DNA of 64,000 bases from the NCBI GenBank assembly GCA_027310365.1, contig DAIDAY010000001.1, forward strand, positions 4,142 through 68,141, written 5' to 3'. The stretch is from a bacterium. GTDB lineage: Bacteria; Patescibacteriota; Minisyncoccia; UBA6257; GWB1-50-10. Positions 57,901 to 64,000 of the stretch are shown here, piece after piece; position 1 is the stretch's first letter; each line of letters opens with the position of its first letter. The notes under the pieces were generated by a model. The model was not told where the DNA came from, made no database searches, and saw only the letters and a list, made by a program, of their open reading frames with translations. The position numbers were made by a program, and so were the translations under genes.

Positions 57901-58338
57901 TTACGGTTCGCGACCCTTTATTTTTCTTTCCCAGAACTTTTTTCGGTTCCGGCGTTTCCGCCAGTAACCATATTCTCGAATTTCGCAGAGCTTCACTTCG
58001 TAGCCGATTTCCCGAAGCTGCGAGAAAAAAGCGTGAAGCTCATCGCAATCGCAAATGATGCTTTTTTCTGCCGAGAGAAATTCCCGGCAGCCGTCGAAGG
58101 TTTCGACGAATTTCGCGAACTCGTCGAGCTTGTGCCGCACCTTCCGCGAGAAGTGCATCGTGCCCGAGAGAATGAATGCTGCTGTTTGCTTCTCGCTTTT
58201 TTCTCCGTCTCTCGCTGCAGCAAGGAAACGGGTTGCTTCCGCGAGAACGTCCGGCCTCAACTCACCCTCCCCGTCAAGAATGCGTTTCATGCAGAGAGCC
58301 ATATTCCGATAGTGGCTCGGGGACAATCCCTTTCCCAT
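57901..58338 (-). CDS. hypothetical protein (146 aa)
   Basis: A strong RBS (AAGGAG, 5 nt spacer) lies before the ATG at 58338. The protein (MGKGLSPSHYRNMALCMKRILDGEGELRPDVLAEATRFLAAARDGEKSEKQTAAFILSGTMHFSRKV...) has no homology I can name. The overlapping + strand ORF at 57814..58449 looks spurious. Confidence 0.5.
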   Translation of the reverse strand: MGKGLSPSHYRNMALCMKRILDGEGELRPDVLAEATRFLAAARDGEKSEKQTAAFILSGTMHFSRKVRHKLDEFAKFVETFDGCREFLSAEKSIICDCDELHAFFSQLREIGYEVKLCEIREYGYWRKRRNRKKFWERKIKGREP

Positions 58339-58786
58339 ACTTTCTCCTTGTTTGTGTGCTGTAGTGTTAGTTGTATCATCCGCTCCGCCCGCCTGTCCAG
58401 CCCGCCCTCTGCCTATCCCCAGAATCGACCGGGGAAAACGGGAGGCTAAATATTTATCGTTGGTAACCCGATCCAAAAGCGTTACAATCAGTTTGGGGAA
58501 TGTGAAAATTCACGCTATAAATTTTGCTTATATCGATGGCGCAAACCTTCGTGTTTAATATATGGGGTCCGGGTCACAATTTATCCATCAAAGCTACTAT
58601 TTTACCGGTAGGACCAAATCCGAAAGGATTTGATATAAATAAAACGGTATTAATCGCCTTGTCTGTCATGCATACTTATTGTACGTCAATCACAGTTTAC
58701 GAGCGACAGTGTTGTTTTTAACGTAATGAATTCAATGGGGGTTAGTTCTGTTTGACGACGCCTCTCTTGCCTGTTATTGTTCGAGC

Positions 58787-59998
58787 ATGACTCCTGGCGG
58801 CAATGATTTTTCCGATCTCGGCATCGCTCCGGGGATTCTGGAGGTTTTGAAGAAACTCAATTTCACGGAGCCCACGCCGATCCAGCGCCAGGCGATCCTG
58901 CCGGGCATCGAGAAGAAAGACATCGTCGGCATCGCCCAAACCGGGACCGGAAAGACGCTTGCTTTCGGCATTCCGCTCATCCAGCACGCCCTCCAAGGGA
59001 TGAAGACGGCTCTCGTCGTCGTGCCGACCCGTGAGCTCGCCATCCAGGTGTGCGAATCCATAAACTCGGTCGGCACGAAACTCGGCGTGAAGACCACGAT
59101 GGTTATCGGCGGAGAAGACATGTACCGGCAGGTCAAATCGCTCCACGCTCATCCCCAGATTATCGTCGGGACGCCCGGCCGCCTCGTCGACCACCTCGAA
59201 CGAAAGAACGTCTCGTTCGCCGACCTCGCGACCGTCGTTCTCGACGAAGCGGATCACATGCTCGACATGGGATTCGCTCCGCAGATCCAGAAGATTTTCG
59301 CCGCTCTGCCGCGCGAACGGCAAACCATGCTTTTCTCGGCAACCATGCCCGAGCGCATCGTGGAAATTACCAAGCGGTACATGAAACTCCCGATACGGGT
59401 GGAAATCGCCCCGCCGGGCACTGCGGCGGAAACCGTCTCGCAAGAACTCTTCTTTGTTGAGAAAAGCGACAAGATGCGTCTTTTGGAAAAGATACTCGAC
59501 GACTACCGCGGGTCCGTTCTTATTTTCTCGAGAACGAAATTCGGCGCGAAGAGAATCGCGCGAGGCGTCCGCAACCTCGACATCTCCGCGACTGAACTCC
59601 ACTCGAACCGGTCGTTGAGCCAGCGGAAGCATTCGCTTGAAGGATTCAAGAATGGCATGTACCGCGTTTTGATCGCGACCGATATCGCGGCGCGGGGAAT
59701 CGATGTGAAAGGGATCGAACTTGTTTTGAACTACGATTTACCCCAGAGCCCCGAGGACTACGTTCACCGGATCGGCCGGACCGGCCGCATGGGAGGCATC
59801 GGACACGCAATCTCTTTCGCGACACCGGCTGAGCGGCGCGACGTCCGGGACATCGAACGACTCGTCCGCTCCGCTATCCCGCTTTCCAAACTTCCAGAGC
59901 TCCCGCCAGCCCGGATGGCACCGCGCCCTGAACGCCCTCCGCATGCTTTTCACTCCCGAAACCGGCAGCCCTACCGCCCGCATCGGAACAGGTTTTGA
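58787..59998 (+). CDS. DEAD-box ATP-dependent RNA helicase
   Basis: Q-motif region, AQTGTGKT, DEAD (VLDEADHMLDMGF), SAT, ARGID and HRIGRTGR motifs. The C-terminal tail is Arg-rich. Confidence 0.9.
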   Translation: MTPGGNDFSDLGIAPGILEVLKKLNFTEPTPIQRQAILPGIEKKDIVGIAQTGTGKTLAFGIPLIQHALQGMKTALVVVPTRELAIQVCESINSVGTKLGVKTTMVIGGEDMYRQVKSLHAHPQIIVGTPGRLVDHLERKNVSFADLATVVLDEADHMLDMGFAPQIQKIFAALPRERQTMLFSATMPERIVEITKRYMKLPIRVEIAPPGTAAETVSQELFFVEKSDKMRLLEKILDDYRGSVLIFSRTKFGAKRIARGVRNLDISATELHSNRSLSQRKHSLEGFKNGMYRVLIATDIAARGIDVKGIELVLNYDLPQSPEDYVHRIGRTGRMGGIGHAISFATPAERRDVRDIERLVRSAIPLSKLPELPPARMAPRPERPPHAFHSRNRQPYRPHRNRF

Positions 59999-60031
59999 GA
60001 TGGGTTCTGATCTTGGTATAACTAATTCAAT

Positions 60032-60433
60032 TTGGCCATCCTCATATTCTTCGGACCGATGGCAAGCGCCGAATTCGACAGGGCGACGTGGCTCGAATTC
60101 GCAGTTGCGCTGCCGTTTGTCTATTCCGCAATTTTCTTCCATGCGCAGCATTCGCGGGCGCGGGAATACGCAGAGGAATATTCGTTCAAATCGCTCGTTG
60201 CTCGATCGCTCGGCGGGTATGCCGATCTCGTGAAGAAAGAGGTGAATCACGCGAAGGTTGAAGAACAAAAGAAATATCTGGATTTCGTGATCGATACGAT
60301 CGGCATCCTGTTCTCGTCGCCCCGCGAGGCGATTTCAAAGCATCCGATCAAGGATGAAGAAGACGTGAAGGTGGGCGTGGTGGAAAAGCTCGGCGATGTT
60401 TTTAAGAAGTTCATATCGGGGAATCTGGGATAG
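60032..60433 (+). CDS. hypothetical protein
   Basis: ORF only. No homology recognised. Confidence 0.35.
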   Translation: MAILIFFGPMASAEFDRATWLEFAVALPFVYSAIFFHAQHSRAREYAEEYSFKSLVARSLGGYADLVKKEVNHAKVEEQKKYLDFVIDTIGILFSSPREAISKHPIKDEEDVKVGVVEKLGDVFKKFISGNLG

Positions 60434-60518
60434 GAGAAAGAAGAATGCCTCCATGCGGCAACGCCTTTGCAAAGAAAAAGAGCTGGATGTTCATCCGGAA
60501 ATATGGTAAAATTGAAGC

Positions 60519-60854
60519 ATGAAAAGCCGCAGCGAGAATTTTATGCCCGATCTTTTCACCACCGAAAATCCCAAGCCGGGAGAAAAGGGTTACCTCGAAA
60601 AGGGCTTTCACTTCAATAAGAAAGGAGAGGTGGAAGATGAAAAGGGGAATATTTACAACGAGTATTACCAGCTGATGAAGGAAGCGCCGAGCGAGGCGTA
60701 TCTGGCGGCAAAGAGATTGCATCCGGGATTTGACGATGATCAGTTGAGGCCTTATGTCAAGATGTTCGAGAAACAAATCGAGACCGCGAAGAAAAACGAG
60801 AAACATGAAAATACTCGTACAAGTGAAGCCGGGCGCGAAAGGAAAAAAGATTGA
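60519..60854 (+). CDS. hypothetical protein (111 aa); overlaps the next gene by 50 nt
   Basis: A charged, low-complexity C-terminus. The real 3' end is uncertain. Confidence 0.3.
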   Translation: MKSRSENFMPDLFTTENPKPGEKGYLEKGFHFNKKGEVEDEKGNIYNEYYQLMKEAPSEAYLAAKRLHPGFDDDQLRPYVKMFEKQIETAKKNEKHENTRTSEAGRERKKD

Positions 60855-61023
60855 AAGGGTTGATAAAACGCATTTTAAGATTTCAGTGAAAGAGCCTGCG
60901 AAAGAGGGGAGGGCGAACTCTGCCGTCGTGAAAGCGGTGGCGGACTATTTCGGCGTGAGTATCTCGCGCGTCACTGTGGTCTCCGGATTAACGTCACGGG
61001 AGAAGGCGCTGGAGCTCAATTGA
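60805..61023 (+). CDS. DUF167 (YggU/UPF0235) family protein
   Basis: MKILVQVKPGAKGKKIERVDKTHFKISVKEPAKEGRANSAVVKAVADYFGVSISRVTVVSGLTSREKALEL matches DUF167 along its length. The ORF-track start at 60754 is probably too early. Confidence 0.6.
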   Translation: MKILVQVKPGAKGKKIERVDKTHFKISVKEPAKEGRANSAVVKAVADYFGVSISRVTVVSGLTSREKALELN

Positions 61024-61105
61024 CGGCTTCCCGGGAACGTTGTACTGTTGTCGAAGCTCTCTTGAGAGCAAGTGCGCTTATTTTTAACTAAAAAGGAGGT
61101 GTTGT

Positions 61106-61546
61106 GTGTTATACTCATGGTACCTGGAGTTCCTCAGATTCTGCGCGTTCATCGATGGCCCTGAGGGTAAACCGGATGGAATGACCTTGGTTTTTCTTTC
61201 CTTTACGGTGGGAATGTTCGTACTCTTTGCATTTAACCGAGGGAAGGGGAGAATAAGGAAGGCATTGAGGAACGATAAGGGTGAAATCGGAATTGATTTA
61301 AAAGAAGGAACTCAGTGGTATTTCTGGGGGCAGAAGACCGTCAACAAACGTGGTTGGCCGATTCACATTGTCCTCTTGTCGCCTCTCGTGGAATTGAGAA
61401 GAGATTCCTTGATGGTTGCCGAGTACGTTTTCATTGACGAGGAAAAATTCCCGCCGGGAACCATCTTTGAAGTTCGCGACAAACAATTGGCGGTCAAGGA
61501 GCGACTCGACGACCGCAGATCTCTCCTGAGAAAAGCGGGTTTTTGA
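61106..61546 (+). CDS. hypothetical protein with N-terminal TM segment
   Basis: An ORF followed by a strong intrinsic terminator. No homology recognised. Confidence 0.4.
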   Translation: MLYSWYLEFLRFCAFIDGPEGKPDGMTLVFLSFTVGMFVLFAFNRGKGRIRKALRNDKGEIGIDLKEGTQWYFWGQKTVNKRGWPIHIVLLSPLVELRRDSLMVAEYVFIDEEKFPPGTIFEVRDKQLAVKERLDDRRSLLRKAGF

Positions 61547-61566
61547 CCTCTCGCGGACCCGTATAC

Positions 61567-61609
61567 GAAGCCTATCTTCGGAGAATCGAAGATAGGCTTC
61601 TCTTTTTTC
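61567..61609 (+). terminator. rho-independent terminator
   Basis: A perfect 14 bp stem (GAAGCCTATCTTCG gagaa TCGAAGATAGGCTTC) followed by TCTTTTTTCG. Confidence 0.8.
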
Positions 61610-61657
61610 GTCTTCGCGGACATGGACGCTGCGCAATGCCGCCAATGCCAAAAACGT

Positions 61658-62839
61658 TCAAGCGGTTTTGAAGTGGATTCTGGCAAGAATAATGAGCGCG
61701 GCGAAACTCGAAATGATCGAAAATACGAAAGGCGCCCGGAATCCCGCGGCTTGCCACAGAAAACCCGCGATGACGGAAGCGGGGAGCGCAATGAGACCCG
61801 TCACCATGGCGAAGCTGCCGAGAAAACTGGCGCGAAGTTCCGGCGGCGACATGTCGGCGACGATCGTTTTCAAATTTCCTTCATACGCGCCGTAGTGGAG
61901 ACCGTAGACCAAGAACCCAACGAGAAAGAGCGCGAGGGAGTTCGTCATCGCGAAGAAAAAGTTCGCGACGATGAAGAGAAGATAGGCGACGGAGAGGACG
62001 ATTTTCCTGCCGATCCGGTCGGCGAGTTTCCCGAACGGCATTGCCGTGAGCGCCGAGACGAAAATGAAAACGCCGTAGAGAAGCGTCACTTCTTCCAACG
62101 AAGAGCCGACGGTTTTTGCGGCTAAGATATAGAATGAATCGGTGAACGCGCCGAGCGTGAAGACGGCCGAAGCGACGGTAAAGAGTTTCAAATCCCGGTC
62201 AGCGAGTTTGAACGAGAAGGAAAGTTTTTTCTCCAGATTCGTTTGCGGGCGATGTTCGCGGACGAGAAAGAAAATCAAAAACGCTCCGATCAAGGAGGGG
62301 ACGGCGGCGACCACGAAGAGCTGCCGTTGGGTCAGGGCGGCGATGAGGAAGAGGGAGGCGAGAAGGCCGACCAACGCTCCTGTCCGGTCGGCGGCCCGGA
62401 GCGCACCGAAAGCGGTTGCCCGGACATTGTATTTTTTGATGTCGGCGACAATCGCATCGCGCGGTGCATCGCGGAGTTTACCTCCACGGTCGAGGATTTT
62501 TCCCGGTATCACGTGCCAGGGAAGACGCGACAGGGCATAGACAATCCTGCTCAGGAAAGCGCTTGCGTATCCGATCCAAATAAAAATCTTTCTTTTTTTT
62601 AATTTGTCCGACAGGAATCCGGAGAAAGCCTGGGAGATCGAAGTCAAGGCATCCCCGAAACCGTCGACAAAACCGAGAAACGTCGTCGAGGCGCCCAGGG
62701 TTACGGTCACGAAAACCGGCCAGATAACGGTCACGAGATAATAGCCGACATCATTCAAGAATGACGCGGCGGCGAAAATCCAGATTGTCAGCCGATGCTG
62801 TTTTTCAGGTTCCATTGTTTTAATGATATCATGGGGCAT
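61658..62839 (-). CDS. major facilitator superfamily transporter
   Basis: A 393 aa protein with ~12 predicted TM helices. MFS-like loop motifs are present (GKLADRIGRKIVL, DRTGAL). Confidence 0.85.
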   Translation of the reverse strand: MPHDIIKTMEPEKQHRLTIWIFAAASFLNDVGYYLVTVIWPVFVTVTLGASTTFLGFVDGFGDALTSISQAFSGFLSDKLKKRKIFIWIGYASAFLSRIVYALSRLPWHVIPGKILDRGGKLRDAPRDAIVADIKKYNVRATAFGALRAADRTGALVGLLASLFLIAALTQRQLFVVAAVPSLIGAFLIFFLVREHRPQTNLEKKLSFSFKLADRDLKLFTVASAVFTLGAFTDSFYILAAKTVGSSLEEVTLLYGVFIFVSALTAMPFGKLADRIGRKIVLSVAYLLFIVANFFFAMTNSLALFLVGFLVYGLHYGAYEGNLKTIVADMSPPELRASFLGSFAMVTGLIALPASVIAGFLWQAAGFRAPFVFSIISSFAALIILARIHFKTA

Positions 62840-62918
62840 GCGTTAAACTCCCCCGCCTCAGCGAAAGCGCACCGCAACAGAGTTGCTCTCATTGAGGTGC
62901 GGGGGTAAACTGCTATTG

Positions 62919-64000
62919 ATGGACGAGGCTGAATGGTTAAAGAAAAATCCGGCGCTTCAGCGCTTCGAGAAAAAACATCCGAAGATTTCCGCATTTTTCG
63001 GCAGGAGGTTCTCGCGGCGCGGCCGCTACGGCCTGAAGTTCACGTGGGGGATGGTTTTGTGCGCTTCATTTCTCGTGATCTTCATCGAAATGGCGATTGA
63101 TGTCCTCTCTCGGGAAAGCGTCCCGTTCGACTTGAGCGTGATGAATTTCATCTATACCTTCCGGAACCTGGATTTTGCCAGGGTCTTTTTATTTTTCACC
63201 GACTTGGGTGATTGGCAAATCATGACGGCACTGATTGTCATTCTCATAATCTTCTTCCTGATGCTCGGCAAGAAACAGGAGGCGCTTTTTTCCGTCGCAA
63301 CGCTCGCCGTGGGCGAGGCGCTCTATTCTTTCGTCAAGATTCTCATGGCTGTGCCTCGGCCGAGCGTTTTCTATTCCCTGGTTCCTCGAAGCGGCTTTTC
63401 GTTCCCGAGCGGCCACGCGGTAGGGTCGGTGGTTTTCTATGGAATGGCGGGATATCTCATCGCGAAGATGTTCAGAAGACATACGCCGCGCATGATCGTT
63501 TGGGCGACGACCGCCCTCATTGTTTTGGGGATCGGCCTCTCGAGGATTTATTTGGGGGTTCACTGGATTTCCGACGTTTTGGCCGGCTGGTCGCTCGGCC
63601 TCGCGATAGTCTTTTTTTCCATCACTCTTTTTAAAGAATTCAACCGCGATAAACCGGCCGGCGAGAAACCGGTTTTCAAGAAAAGATCAATCTATCAGAT
63701 AACGGCGGCGTTTCTGGCCGGCGGCGCGCTTTTCATTTATTACTTCTACCTTTACCACCCTCTCGAATATAAAGTTCAACCGAACCCGCCCGCGCCGATA
63801 TTTTTGAGCGCAACGACGACCATAACCGATCTCATCTCCCGTTCCGATTTTCCGAAATTTTCCGAAGCGATCACCGGCGACAAGATGGAACCGATGAGTT
63901 TCGTTGTCGTCGGATCCAGAGACGCCCTCGTTTCCGCTTTTAAAAAGGAAGGGTGGCTCATCGCCGATGCGCCGACGACGGCGAATTTCGTGAAACTCGG
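62919..64000 (+). CDS. PAP2-family phosphatase fused to an LssY-like C-terminal domain, 3'-partial at window edge (absent from the ORF track)
   Basis: Hand translation from the ATG at 62919 gives a continuous frame with the PAP2 motifs KILMAVPRP, FPSGHA and SRIYLGVHWISDVLAG. It then reads ...MEPMSFVVVGSRDALVSAFKKEGWLIAD (LssY_C-like) and runs off the window end without a stop. Confidence 0.75.
   Translation, partial: MDEAEWLKKNPALQRFEKKHPKISAFFGRRFSRRGRYGLKFTWGMVLCASFLVIFIEMAIDVLSRESVPFDLSVMNFIYTFRNLDFARVFLFFTDLGDWQIMTALIVILIIFFLMLGKKQEALFSVATLAVGEALYSFVKILMAVPRPSVFYSLVPRSGFSFPSGHAVGSVVFYGMAGYLIAKMFRRHTPRMIVWATTALIVLGIGLSRIYLGVHWISDVLAGWSLGLAIVFFSITLFKEFNRDKPAGEKPVFKKRSIYQITAAFLAGGALFIYYFYLYHPLEYKVQPNPPAPIFLSATTTITDLISRSDFPKFSEAITGDKMEPMSFVVVGSRDALVSAFKKEGWLIADAPTTANFVKL

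Noticed and set aside
57814-58449. 211-aa plus-strand ORF
   Set aside because: It is antisense to the 146-aa minus-strand gene, which has a strong SD and a protein-like composition. The plus product is Cys/Phe-rich junk.
1-64000. CRISPR arrays and rRNA genes
   Set aside because: No regularly spaced direct repeats of CRISPR type and no rRNA-like conserved blocks were seen. The only tRNA found is tRNA-Gly at 43534..43607.

Overview
This 64 kb window looks like a compact, gene-dense bacterial chromosome segment that codes mainly on the + strand. Many genes overlap by 1-4 nt, and Shine-Dalgarno sequences are often weak. The gene content is dominated by core informational and cell-envelope functions: rpsK-rpsD-rpoA-rplQ-rplM-rpsI; a murA-mreB-holB-frr-rseP-ddl-proS-mreB2-mreC-mreD-pbp2-greA block; lysS and serS; an hrcA-grpE-dnaK-dnaJ operon with a CIRCE operator; xseAB; mltG and rsmI; a glycosyltransferase cluster; lepA; radC; a DEAD-box helicase; and an MFS transporter. 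Together with the short proteins (an rpoA of only ~250 aa), three NUDIX genes and a type IV pilin, this suggests a reduced-genome lineage, possibly Patescibacteria/CPR-like. That placement is an inference, not something demonstrated here. I found no rRNA genes and no CRISPR array. Accessory or unusual content: (i) a tRNA-Gly(CCC) whose 3' end is overlapped by a large serine recombinase gene, followed by a ~2.7 kb putative integrated element with an excisionase-like HTH protein, internal palindromes and a decayed ABC-ATPase gene fragment; (ii) a degenerate IS200/IS605-family tnpA remnant with a terminal hairpin next to a YerC/TrpR-like regulator flanked by a repeated 12-mer; (iii) three families of intergenic repeats: a ~115 nt conserved leader upstream of both lysS and serS, a ~70 nt repeat in the ddl-proS and mreD-pbp2 gaps, and a ~160-190 nt element present in inverted orientation upstream of hrcA and downstream of lepA; (iv) a second MreB paralog; (v) a frameshifted MazG-like gene and a truncated isochorismatase-like gene. 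A PAP2/LssY-like gene at the 3' edge of the window is missing from the ORF track because it runs off the window end.
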